A stretch of DNA of 64,000 nt from Psilocybe cubensis (Eukaryota): the NCBI GenBank assembly GCA_017499595.2, contig CM038998.1:124001-188000 (forward strand), read 5' to 3'. This document shows, in pieces, positions 13,187 to 25,456 of this stretch. How positions within the stretch are numbered: position 1 is the first letter of the stretch; the number at the start of each line of letters is the position of its first letter. The position numbers and the translations under genes were made by a program. The notes under the pieces are model-generated. The model saw only the letters and a list, made by a program, of their open reading frames with translations. It did not search any database and was not told the DNA's origin.

Positions 13187-13522
13187 AGTTTGGCGGGACT
13201 GAATGACGGTAGAGGGTGAATGTGGGTGTATAGGGTTGAAAGAGAGGTTGAAGGTACAGGACCAGTGAGTTTTAACATAATCATTCACGACGCCTTTGAT
13301 ACAAAGAAGTTGTTTGGCCCAGGTTTCCATCAAAAGCACTCGAATGGGCATGCGCTCGCTTCCTTCAATCCGCGCCGGTTCGGCGCGGCGCATTTAACAA
13401 AGGAAGATACGGTGTGTTCACTTGCTCGTCCTTTGACAAAGAACCTGGCATGGCTTATACTTGATCGTCAGTATTTCCATCTTGTAAGAGCGCCACTCCC
13501 AATCATCACACCAGATCCAAGC

Positions 13523-16500
13523 ATGGACGACGCTTCGATGGAAAATCTCTCTCTGCCGGGAGCCTTCAACAGCTCCCCTACAGAGCAAATGGATATCACC
13601 TCCAGCGACGACGTCACCCGCAATCATCCAGGACCGTCCCAGACTCCCCAATCCCCTACAGAGCAAATGGATATCACCTCCAGCGACGACGACGCCCGCA
13701 ATCATCCAGGACCGTCCCAGACTCCCCAATTACAGTCCCAGATTCTCAAACCACAAGAATCGGGCAAGCGAAAAAGGAGTGATCATGAAGAGATATCGTC
13801 GAGAAAGTTAATTGCAGTCGAGCCTGAGTATCTTCAAGAACTCGAGTTCGCGGTAACTCACTTCAATTGCCGTCTCAAATTTTAACTCAACATACCGTTG
13901 TATTCAAGGTTGATGAGTTGACTAAGAAGCTCAAATCGAAGGATAAAGAAATAAAGCGCCTTCAGAGCATAGAGCCGAGCGTCAACGATTTGAAAGATGC
14001 TGAAATTCGACACCTTCGCGTTGTAGAGCAAAAGGTTGAGACTTTGATTATTGGAAAGATATATGTACTAATAGTAATGTATCATCCAGATATCCAAAGA
14101 GAAATCGGCGTCTGATGGGGCATATAAGACCTTACAATCCCAATTCGAAGACTATAAACGAGTACGTTTCCCAGGCTTCATGTTATCGTACCTGCGTTTA
14201 AGCATCGAACAGGACGTGGATCGCCAACATAAAGAAGCATCCCGTGCTAAAGAGCACGAAATGTCTGAGGTATGTAGTCTACCAAAAATCAGAAGCATCA
14301 GCCTCTCATTGCTAGCTGTTTTCAAGCTGGAAGCAAAGTTCAAACAACAAATCGAAGAACTCCAAATTCATTATGACCGTACGGTGGAGGAATTAAACAA
14401 AAAGGTTGAATCCCAGTCTCTTCAGATTTCATCTCTGGTGGAAGACAGTCTTGAAGAATCAGAAACTGCGAAAATATTGCTAAATGAACCCGATGGAGAG
14501 GGGTCCAATATCTTGGAAGAGGACACGTCCCATATCAAGGAGCTCGAGGATTCGAATATGGCGTTTACGGAGCGAATAACTGCTTATGAGGCTCAGATAG
14601 CGAAGCTCAATGCTGATTTGGAGGAGCAGAAGGCGGAGTCGTCAAAGCTAACGCGTGCTGTTCAGGAGCTTGAGGGACAGTCTGTCGATGGTATCAGCAA
14701 GCAGGAGCGTATCACGGAACTTGAAGCTCTTGTGAGGGCGAAGACGACCGAACTTGAAGAGTTGAAGCACTCTACCTCTCACGCCCAAGACCTTGAAAAT
14801 CGCATCAACGAACTACAGGCTCGTCTTGGGGAGTTCGAAAGAGAACGGGAGGGACAGTCTATTGATGGTATCAGCAAGCAGGAGCGTATCACGGAACTTG
14901 AAGCTCTTGTGAGGGCGAAGACGACCGAACTTGAAGAGTTGAAGCATTCTACCTCTCACGCCCAAGACCTTGAAAATCGCATCAACGAACTACAGGCTCG
15001 TCTCCAGGAGTCTGACAGCGAAAGGGAGAAATTGATTCAAGCACAACAATCATCAAGCCATCGCGAGAATGTTTTAGCTTCAGAACTCCAAACTGTGCGC
15101 GAAAAGCGCAGTGAGCAAATTAAAACGCTTACTGCCCAAGTGCGACTCCTCGAAAACGAATTGTCCGGAAATCAAACTGCACTTAAAGATCAAGGTCAGG
15201 AGCTGGAGAGACTGCGCGCGGCGTCTACCCAGCGTAGGACCGCTGACGAGGCTGAGATAGCGAAGCTCAATGCTGATTTGAAGGATCAGAAGGCGGAGTC
15301 GTCAAGGCTAACGCGTGCTGTTCAGGAGCTTGAGGGACAGTTAACTGATGGTATCGACAGAGAGAACCGTATCGTTCAACTCAACAACGATCTAGACGCG
15401 AAGACTGCAGAACTGAAGAAGTCCAGGGAGGAGTCAACCTCTCATGCCCAGCAACTTGAAAATCGCATTGGTGACTTACAGGCTCGTCTCCAGGAGTCTG
15501 ACAGCAAAAGGGAGAAATTGATTCAAGCACAACAATTATCAAGCCATCGCGAGAATGTTTTCGCTTCAGAACTCCAAACTGTGCGTGAAAAGCGCAGTGA
15601 GCAAATTAAAACGCTTAACGCACGAGTTCGAGACCTCGAAAAGGAGTTGGAACAAGCCGCGACCAACTCTCGCGATTCACTTAGTAAAGAACGGGAGCGA
15701 TACCAACAGATGTCCGTTGAGTTTCAAAAACAACAAGCAGCGCTATCTCAAACAACTGAAGATCTCAGTACTGTCAAGGCCGCTCTTGAAAAAGAATTTG
15801 AGGACCATGGTAATACCAAGTCACTGTTGGAGCTTTTACAAAGCGACCTTGTGGACTCTCAAAAAGCCATCTCAATTCTTAACAGTCAATTAGAGGCCAC
15901 CATGGCTGACCACATCGAATTTGGAGAGGAAGCGCAAGATTCGGACTCGGTAATTACTTCTAATTGTATCTTTTGATGTATATCTAATGAAAACTCCATA
16001 GGCGATGGACCCGGATGCACCAGAAAGTACTCCGTCGGCGACTGGAAAATCTCAAAAAGCGGCGGGCAAACGTCGTCAAATGTCGATGATGCCGGATACC
16101 ACCCTATATACGCTTGTAAGACAATTAGCGGTGTTGTAGCTTGGCCACATGTCGCTAACAATGTCCTGCAGATGAATGATATGCCCAAAGAATGGCCACA
16201 GCGTTCGCCCTTTTCAAGGTTATCAAAAAAACTACCAGGAAAGTGTTTCCAGCCAACACCGGATATCGTAGGCAGCACACCTGTCTATACGTTTGTAAGA
16301 TACCGACTACCGCCACTTTATTTGGTATAACTGAAGTCAAATATCCTTTAGATGAACCATAGGAACGGCGACCTGCAGGTAAATATGGAGCCAGAAAATT
16401 CAGCAGAACGACCCACCTTTTCAAATTTTTTTAACCAAACGGAATTTACTCCCACTCTCTCTACCTCTGCGAACCGTTCTTCGCCCGTCCGAGACGGTGA

Positions 16501-17906
16501 CCTGGCCTCTTCTTCCAATCCAGGGCCATCAATACCCAACAGATTTTCAAAGCCGGGTCACTATCGAAGAGGTAGAGCTACACATCAATCTCCACCTCCA
16601 CCTTCCAGTGCTATACCCAGATCTGGTCGAGACGATGTGCGAGGAGTCGAGGCTTCGACAGCCTTCCATGCAGATACTCCGGCAACGGTCGCTGACCCCT
16701 CTGTGGTTCCACCTCACTCTGTATTCTCTTCGACGCCTCCTGTCACTCCTGTTCCTCCTGTTGCCTCAGTATCTGCTGCTGAACGTGCTTTTCAAGAAAG
16801 AATATTGAATACGCTAAGCACTCTGTCGAGTGATGTGAGAGGCGTCGTTTCGGACGTGCAAGAACTTCGGTCTAATGCAAATACACAACCTGCAACCCCT
16901 CGTAGGAGGATTCCAAACAGGAAACCTTACTCTCCTTACAAGCAAGCTGGTCCTGTTCGTCCCCGCTCAGCGGACAGAGTTCTTATTCTAGTAGTATTCT
17001 TTTCGCCTCCACATCATCCATTGACTGAATATGATTTTTTAGAATGCCAGCCGGCAGTTACAACAATATCTCCTCGGAATATCCGAAGATGACGACATCT
17101 TCATAATGGATTCCATTCACATTGCATCACCAGCCGAAGTAGATAAGTTCGAGAATTCGCTACGAGACCCCCCACCATTGGAACCTCTTCAACTTCACTT
17201 CGACCAAGTGAAAGTGAAATGGAACGCTTATCTTGCGGACCTCTTTGCTGAACAGTTCTTGCGATTACACAGCAATCTTAATGCTACTGCCGATCAAATC
17301 AAGGAACACTTCATGGCAAGAGTGCAAATGTTTCGTGAGAAATTGATTTCCATCGTTCCAAGGCCAGGAGAAACCAGCGAACAATGTTTCGATCGCGTAA
17401 GGGAGGAACGTCTAAATGCCAATCGCAGGAAGCGGCGCCGCACTAGGCAACGTAATGTATGTCAATATCTGTTTCCTTACACTTACACAATTTCTTTGCT
17501 AATGTCGGAGAAGTTGTATGTGGACCGTTATAGTAACTGCATAGATGCCGGTCGTCATGATATTGCAGATGTCGTCTTGACACTTGGCGAAGATGGAATG
17601 AGCGAAGACGAAACAGACGGAGAAGATTCCACAGTCGTCCTTTTGACGCAATGGCGCAACCCAAAGCTCCTGACTCCATTAAAGATCGCTGATAGCCTGC
17701 GACCGGCTACAAGCGTCAATGGAACCAGACGACCAGGTAGCCGACCCCTTAAACGCAGAAGACTACAATCCGCACGGGAAGGTTATCAACCAGCTCCAGA
17801 TCAGCGTCCAGAAAATTATTACTATTCTTCTTGGCGGGCCTGCTTATCTCGTTATGATATAGCGCTCTTGAAAATGAAAGATGCAAAACCATTTTTCGGG
17901 GAGTAG
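13523..17906 (+). CDS. Large multi-exon coiled-coil protein with internal repeats and C-terminal GMSEDE/WRN-type domain (transposon accessory protein candidate)
   Basis: ORFs 13220-13885, 13867-14115, 14180-15976, 16352-17092 and 17106-17906 can be linked by GT-AG introns. E/K/L/Q-rich heptads; C-term LGEDGMSEDETDGED..QWRNPKL..RPENYY. Could be two genes. Confidence 0.65.
13574..13729 (+). repeat. 78 bp tandem repeat x2 (SPTEQMDITSSDDxxRNHPGPSQTPQ)
   Basis: Directly visible; in frame. Confidence 0.95.
14590..15620 (+). repeat. Nested in-frame internal duplications in the coiled-coil exon (177 bp period pair plus larger repeats)
   Basis: EGQSxDGISKQERITELEALVRAKTTELEELKHSTSHAQDLENRINELQARL at 14672 and 14849; IAKLNADL..QKAESS.LTRAVQELEGQ and LQESDS.REKLIQAQQ.SSHRENV.ASELQTVREKRSEQIKTL each occur twice. 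Confidence 0.9.
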
Positions 17907-18554
17907 GCGTAGAATCACTTTTTTAAATCAACTCGGATATTTCCTGTCACAAAGATTCTAGCTGTTAATCTCATGCTTCTATGTATGTACAAAGATATAT
18001 TCACAATGCATCGCACGTTATTCAGTCCTTCGTCCAAAATGCGGTTAAACCAGAAAGATCTCCGCTTTCATAAGGACAGCCAGACAAACGGCTTCAACGG
18101 TTAATAATTGACTTTACGCTTATGTAGTCCGCGCGATACTCAGAAATATAATTGACCTGGAAAATGGGAATTACAGGGGGAAGATCATATTAACTAGCAA
18201 ATGCGCAAACGACATCTATTTTTACATGCCAACTCTTAGGCTAGGATGGGCATTGCTCTCAACATCAAGGATCACAGTAGGTAAGCGTGCAGGCAGCATG
18301 CAAAGATCACTAAATAATAAATCAATAAGGGTTGCATCAGTTGTCTGCTCTGGGGTGTATCTTTTCTACGGAAATGGTGCTAGAACCAAATGGGATCGAC
18401 CTGTAATAGGAAATGCACCGTTCTTGAGACAGATTGAAGGTCCTTCAAATATAACCAGGGCGTTGGTTATGGTAACGCATAGACTGAATAAAGAGGGGCT
18501 CACAATCTATAATCGCAGACTTGAATTCTGTCCTTGCCCGAAATTGGACTCGAA

Positions 18555-20917
18555 ATAGCGTGCTAAGGAGAAGTTGTAGATCAAAACCTGGTGCTTAAGA
18601 AAGAGAGACAGAAGACGAAAAACGTACTCTCGCGAAATGATGACCTTCTGTATATGTCATGGTTTGCCCTAAAACGTTGATGCAACCGATGGAATGGAGA
18701 GGACACAGCAAAGGACGGGCGTTGCAACTCTGTGTGAGGAGTGAGTACTGTGCGCAGCCGTCTTCGTTCAGCCACGTACATTAATGTTGCCCCAGTTTCC
18801 CGCTCGAGCCTACACGTCTCCACGACTGAAGTACATGCGTTCGTGTCGGGCGACGATGGACCCCTCGCTGGCCATCCAGGTTCGACGACTTGCTAGCCAA
18901 AGTTTGGATGTGGCAAATCAGTGGAAGCGTCAAGGTAAGTGAACCTGCTACTTACTTGATTGGTATTTTATCGTGCACTCTCAGCGATGCTCGTTCTGCA
19001 CAGAGAGAAGGATGCGAATGTCATCCACCTGCGCAATGTGCATGGAGGATATGGGAATCAGGGTCTGTCAGGTATATCAGCGAATGCCATGGGACATGCG
19101 ACGTAAACAGACTTACCCAGTCATACGTCTGCGTATACGCGCTCTACACATCATGCAATGCAATTCTGATAACCTATTCCCATCCAGAGGGCCCTATCCG
19201 TGCGAAAGGGGTTGTGGAGTTGAGTTGGAAGGAACACCGGTATCCGAACGATGACAAGTCCGGGATCTTGTTTGCTTAATAGCGCATAGTGCGGATCGTT
19301 GGTGTTCGGGATAGGAGATGGGCTATACTATGTAAGTTACTACAGAAAATTAGGTAGACAGAACGAAACATACCTGTGTAGAACAAGAGGAAGGAAATGG
19401 TGAAACGAACGACTTGAGTGAGAATCGTGTGCGTCTAATCGCATGGTTAGCAAACGGCGGGTACACTGGAGTTGCGACTTACCAGACATGCTTCGAAACT
19501 TTTGCGATGTCTTGTTCGCTGACCTGTATCTGCGCTGAATGACTGACCCAATATACAACACTGTGCAGAAAATTGTGTTACTTACGGCGAGCGTAGAGAT
19601 CTCATACGTGCTTAACATCTGTGTTGGCACTTCGATTACACCTCACGCACAATATCATTCGGTCCCCATTTCGCTCCCTGTAGTAGTATTTGTATTATTT
19701 ACATGGTACACTACGCTAGACTGCCTACATGGATAGCAGCGCTACTCGGTCTATATGTGCTACTTCACCCGCTAGATGAGCATGGTTGGAACAGAAGAAG
19801 AAGAAAGCGTGAGAATATGGCCAGCACGCCAACAAGTACCGCAGAAGTTCGATGCCGCTCATGCCGTCGCCAAATTGGTGATGCGCGTGATTGGTGGCAC
19901 GGCATCAGCGGCATCAAACTTCTGTCCTGTATCATGGCGATTTTGTGACGGTGTGACGCCTTTCCACCTCTCTCTCAACACTCACTCCTATGAAGCACGT
20001 CGTACGTAGAGATGGTTCGCATACGAGCTTACTGTAGTAGTAGCACTTTAGTGTAGACTCTAATACCATAAACTTAGCTAGCTGCGTACTCTAGTAATAC
20101 AATTTTAGTTCAAGTGACATAGACCCGGCTTGGAAGGGCAGAGGAAATAGTCGGGTGAGCGACACAGAACGAGGAGGAACTACAATTCATTTGGATAGTG
20201 AATTACGCAGAAACATAGGTGCGAATCGTATTTTTATTACTATCAGGCAGGAAACACAAGCCAAGAACACCTTCTACAGCACACCCGCCGCCTCTTCGCC
20301 TGCCAGACCCGTATTCGAGCGTCACAAACATAGGTGAGGAATCATCTTTGCTATCAGTGCAGGAAACATATTCTACAGCACATGTGCCGCCTCATTGCTT
20401 TACAGACCTCACTTATTCAACGACGCACCCACCTACATTCAAGAATTGAACGTTGAATGCTGCCATAACTTTATGTTTTGTACGACGCTGCCTACTGTAA
20501 GCACCCGGTCTGCGAGGTACCCTCTTTGCAGGTTGCCGTTTTAATTTGGATTTCACGATATCGGGACTTGGAATATACAGGATTTGCACATGGCTCCCGT
20601 CGAGTCTCCTGCTTATGCAACTATAGATTGGCTCCGTCTTTTTTCTATCAGGTATTCGAGCGGCACCAGTCTCAATTGTTTTACACGTACTGTAAGCCAA
20701 ATTTACTCTCTCGAACACGCGAGATGTTCCCGTCTAATAATTCTCTTCAATCTATGAAGTATGTCGCTTCATCAATATCTGCAATTGATATACTAAATTT
20801 ATTAACCCAAGCTCTACTTGATATAATAATCTTCGGTGACTTTCCAACCCCATTTTGTCCTGCCAGTGGGTGGTTTAAAATCTCGTTCAACAGTCTAACA
20901 CGGCCATTGCCCAGCGC
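18555..20917 (-). repeat. Right arm of 2363 bp near-perfect inverted repeat
   Basis: Mirror of 9982-12344 (e.g. ORFs 12076-12318/18581-18823 and 11620-12009/18890-19279 are identical). Confidence 0.97.
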
Positions 20918-22021
20918 ACAACCCCATACCTCGTTGTCTGCCCACTAGTCGGAGTCGGACCCGCGGAGCTTGTTGGGAGAGCGCGAAGCACCCCTCATTC
21001 TGCGCCTGAAATTCCTTCGAGATCGCTTAGTTTTGCGCCCCAGCCGCCATTGAACGCGCCTTGAGCGTTTGCTGTTCGCCGGCCAAGGATCCAAGTCCTC
21101 GTCTTGCTCGTCTTGTTCACTATTTTTTCCGTCTTCATCGTCGTTTTCGCGTCTACCATGGGTGTCACAAAATACAGCCCGCATCATTGAAATCTGTCAT
21201 CGCAAAGTTTTGTCATGATTTAATAAAATGATGTTCTAAAATACTTACTAGTTCTTTCAACTTTGCTTCGATCATTTGCTTCTGATTCTGATAGTCATTG
21301 TCATCACTGTGGTTATCGACCTGTAGGAATGATTAGTACGGATCAGCCACGAAACGATGACGATATGCTTCAGAATTACATCGTGGCCTTCCCTCGTCAC
21401 GGGCATCATGAAGTTTCTTACAGCAGGAAATATCGTACTGAGTACATATTAACCTATCGACCTTTTAAATGTTTTCTGAACAAAGATCCATCTTATCTTG
21501 TTTCTCTTTGTCGAAGAGTTATGGGAAAGGGGATAAAGATGGCATTGTCGCAGGAGCGCTTTGACATAGCAAACAATTCCAATGTCGCTCATGCAGCCAC
21601 GTAATCACGCCCTTTGGCGCCGTCATAATGACGATAAACGTTGTTATGGCGGTATGACCGACAGTGGATATTAAAACTATATATTATCCCATTGATCATT
21701 GATGATCTCCGCCAGTTGAAATCATGAAATCACCTTCCCAAAATCTCGCATTCCGGGGTAAGTGTGGGTATGTAGAAATACATGACCTTCTCTAGCTTCT
21801 ATATATCTCATTGGTAGGTCATTTTCTATGTTCAGATGGGTGTTGAGCGAATAAAGCGCTCATTTAGTTAATACCTTTGTCAAGATTGGTCAGGATATTT
21901 TGTCGCGGAGATTGCCTTTGTTCTTGCTTCTTATAAAGCGTCGTGAATCCTTGATTGCATACACCTCCATCGCAACTTACAGACTGCCCCAAACCCAGTT
22001 GTGGCACCTCTCATAGCAAAA

Positions 22022-22470
22022 ATGTTCAATAAAGCGCCACTTCCACTCATCACTCCGAGAATCGAATTTCGACTTTCTCAGCTCTCACCCCTATGTGTTC
22101 CGCGAAACCCTCCGGAAGAAATCAAGTTCATCCGACGCTCGCGGTTTCTTTCGCAACAGGGAGAACACTTGGAGGTGGATCACTCATTAATATTTTGGCC
22201 ATACCTCGCTGTAAGTGTTTTTCTTGATTGTCCTTACAAGTATCGTGACGAACATTCTCGTAGGTCAAGGATGCGTTAAAGAATGTGCTCTTTTCGTTCA
22301 AAGAAAAGGGAAATGCGAGTCCGTCGGCTGGAAAATCTGGGGGAACTCCTAAGTGTACGCGGGGTCATATGCCTGGATATTTTGAAGTCGATTATTTGGA
22401 TGGGATGCTGGAAGATTCAATACGGTATGAAAGCGGGGACTTATCTACCAGACTTCATTTTCTATTTTAA
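22022..22470 (+). CDS. Small two-exon hypothetical protein
   Basis: MFNKAPLPL..FWPYLA, then a GTAAGT..TAG intron, then VKDALKNVLFSF..LHFLF*; no recognisable domain. Confidence 0.35.
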
Positions 22471-22644
22471 ACTCATTTTCGGTGGATGGATCAATAACGT
22501 ATCATGAATGGAAACACTATTTTCTCTCCGCTGATAGCAAATACAGTTCTGACCTACGCTTCCGTATAATACTAGCACATGAATTGTGTCCATCATTTAA
22601 CCAATTTACATACGATACAACGCGCCGCATTTGAGGGACAGGAT

Positions 22645-23314
22645 GAAAGGCGTCACACCGTCACAAAATCGCCATGATACAGGACAGAAGTTTGATGCCG
22701 CTGATGCCGTGCCACCAATCACGCGCATCACCAATTTGGCGACGGCATGAGCGGCATCGAACTTCTGCGGTACTTGTTGGCGTGCTGGCCATATTCTCAC
22801 GCTTTCTTCTTCTTCTGTTCCAACCATGCTCATCTAGCGGGTGAAGTAGCACATATAGACCGAGTAGCGCTGCTATCCATGTAGGCAGTCTAGCGTAGTG
22901 TACCATGTAAATAATACAAATACTACTACAGGGAGCGAAATGGGGACCGAATGATATTGTGCGTGAGGTGTAATCGAAGTGCCAACACAGATGTTAAGCA
23001 CGTATGAGATCTCTACGCTCGCCGTAAGTAACACAATTTTCTGCACAGTGTTGTATATTGGGTCAGTCATTCAGCGCAGATACAGGTCAGCGAACAAGAC
23101 ATCGCAAAAGTTTCGAAGCATGTCTGGTAAGTCGCAACTCCAGTGTACCCGCCGTTTGCTAACCATGCGATTAGACGCACACGATTCTCACTCAAGTCGT
23201 TCGTTTCACCATTTCCTTCCTCTTGTTCTACACAGGTATGTTTCGTTCTGTCTACCTAATTTTCTGTAGTAACTTACATAGTATAGCCCATCTCCTATCC
23301 CGAACACTAACGAT
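22645..23314 (+). repeat. Third, partial (~670 bp) direct copy of the inverted-repeat arm (matches 10935-11604)
   Basis: Identical ORFs at offset 11710 (10951/22661, 11163/22873, 11269/22979). Confidence 0.95.
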
Positions 23315-23379
23315 TCCTACTGACATCTCTGGTTGGCTGCCACTTCACTTAGGCTACTTCTACAACTGTTTCACCTCCG

Positions 23380-23720
23380 TTTCGCGGCGGAGCGGCACAG
23401 AAAAGACGAGAGCATTGTCGTCCATGTGCGTCACCTCGCCAGGCAAAAGTCGTGCCCATCACGACGCAGTTCACTAGGACGCTCAGCGACATCTTTGGCG
23501 TGCTCGACTACTTAAGTTGGAGCTTGTTCACCGCTGCCTTCGACGAGGAACGCTCTGATTCTCTAGTGAGGTTGGCGTATGGTCTCCTCAGTGATCTGGC
23601 CAAATACTACTCGAACGGACGGCTTAAGCAGCATTCCTGTCCAATTGGCTTACATCAAACTGCGATCTGGAAGTTGTATTCCAGATGATACCATGAACAC
23701 CATGCCTCGGGCATGCGAGA
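23380..23720 (+). pseudogene. Degraded C-terminal fragment of importin-beta (karyopherin beta-1/Kap95-like)
   Basis: DEERSDSLVRLAYGLLSDLAKYYSNGRLKQ resembles the last HEAT repeat of fungal importin-beta; no start codon, frameshifted. Confidence 0.65.
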
Positions 23721-24039
23721 TTTTTCGAGGGTATTTTTTGTATCCTTTCCCTCTTACTTACGACTTAGGCTTAGGGACTGCGGACAGTGACGTTAGACGG
23801 GTAATTCGGCGGCTTTTACAACAATTATTTTTCTCCCTGTTGTTCGTATTATAGCTGTTGCTACAATCTGGCTAGGAATATTGCCATGCATAACAGTGTG
23901 GACGTCTTTTCCATGGGAGAATCCGCGTACGTACTCATCCGGGATCTCAATCTAATATCCACTTCTGATAGCTTCCTCTATCGATAGAATTCGCTACGAA
24001 GCCCCTGGGCCGCCATCCAACAGCATTTTTTCTCCAAGG

Positions 24040-24430
24040 TTTCTTCACATCCGGCATGGTTAGCGCCCTCGGCAGACATATTCACCGGCCTGATCATCGC
24101 ATCGCTCATTGTACTCATCTTCGTTGCCGTCTTCCTCCTCCGTGAATGGATGTCGCAGAATGCTCGCCTGGGCGTATTCGAAGAGGAAGAGCTCCCCGAT
24201 CTGCCCCCCGTTCACGCGCCTCCACCGCAACCACAACTGCAACATCAACCCAGGCTCGTCCGCCATTTTGCGCCGCTCGACCCTGCCAGCCTGAACCTTG
24301 AGCGTGGAGGGAACGCGCCGCTTTCAATGAGCGTCAGATCGAGGCTCTACGTATGGAGGCAATGCGTCAGAATCTGGACACAAACATCGCCGTGGACCCC
24401 AACAGATGGCGAGCAGACGCCCAAATAGCC
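24040..24430 (+). pseudogene. Internal fragment of Doa10/MARCH6 ERAD E3 ligase
   Basis: In frame with ORF 24150: SHPAWLAPSADIFTGLIIASLIVLIFVAVFLLREWMSQNARLGVFEEEE, matching the conserved D..G.II...V..F...FL.REW segment of Doa10; no RING-CH domain and no rest of the gene. Confidence 0.75.
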
Positions 24431-25420
24431 GCTCTTAGGGATAGGAAGAAAAAGATGAATGCCAAAAGCTTCAACCCACATCATACGGTACGCGATGAAA
24501 ACCAGGGAGAAACGGACCAGGAGGATGTACAATTTGAATTAGAGCAAGCGAGGAAGAAAAAATTCAACCAACATGTTACAGTGGCGCAGGACGGGGACGA
24601 GCCTGGGTTAGTAAGTCCCAGCGAATCGGACGATACAGAGGATGATGAGGACGATTTCCATGAAGACGATGAAGTCGACAATGAGGGACATGGGCATGGA
24701 AACGGGCGTAGACATCGACGTCCACATCCTCTCCGACGGCCTCATTTCGAAGAAGAAAAAGACGACGAAGACGACGAGGAAGACCAGGCAAAGTTGTGCA
24801 GTGGGGTGCTACCACCACCACCAACCCCTTTTTGCGGGTTTTCGATTCAACTGTTGACTCTTTGTTTGACTTTGCCTTTCGATCTGAAGCGGGGAGAATG
24901 GCGTGGTATACCCACTGCCCACTTACACCTACACCAACACCGTTTATCGACTATCGACCTTCACATTGGCTTTTGGTTTGCCAACCCAGTTTGTGTTCTA
25001 CGGTTACACCCTACGCCTACACCGACGCTGACACTAGCGCCTCAGCTCATCTTACCTCACACCGACTTGCAGTACGCTCTGAACATCTTACACTGTTACA
25101 CACCACATATCACACCATAGCATAGCATATCTTACACAACACCCACCAGACAAACTCGAATTCCGACTTATAAACCCAAACCCAAACACGAAATCAAGAC
25201 GAAATGAAAGCACTAGACACGAACCTGTACACTCCCATCATCTCATCATCTCATCGTGGCGCTTTTGGTTTTCCCCACTGTATGATGTCTGCGTCTACTT
25301 TAACCATTCACTTCGTCCCGCCCACACCGACGTCATCGTCGTCGTCTTCATCCGCTGCATCGTCCGCGTCGCTATCCACGCTGCCGACATCGTCGAATCC
25401 AACCCCCGCTCGTCGACTCT

Positions 25421-25456
25421 CACCACCACCACCACCACCACCACCACCACCACCAC
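25421..25456 (+). repeat. (CAC)12 microsatellite within a low-complexity Pro-rich gene fragment
   Basis: Direct reading. Confidence 0.95.

Noticed and set aside
9982-20917. Inverted repeat read as TIRs of an independent transposon or as LTRs
   Set aside because: No TSD or characteristic termini seen, no transposase between the arms, inverted orientation excludes LTRs, and the left arm blends into related flanking sequence.
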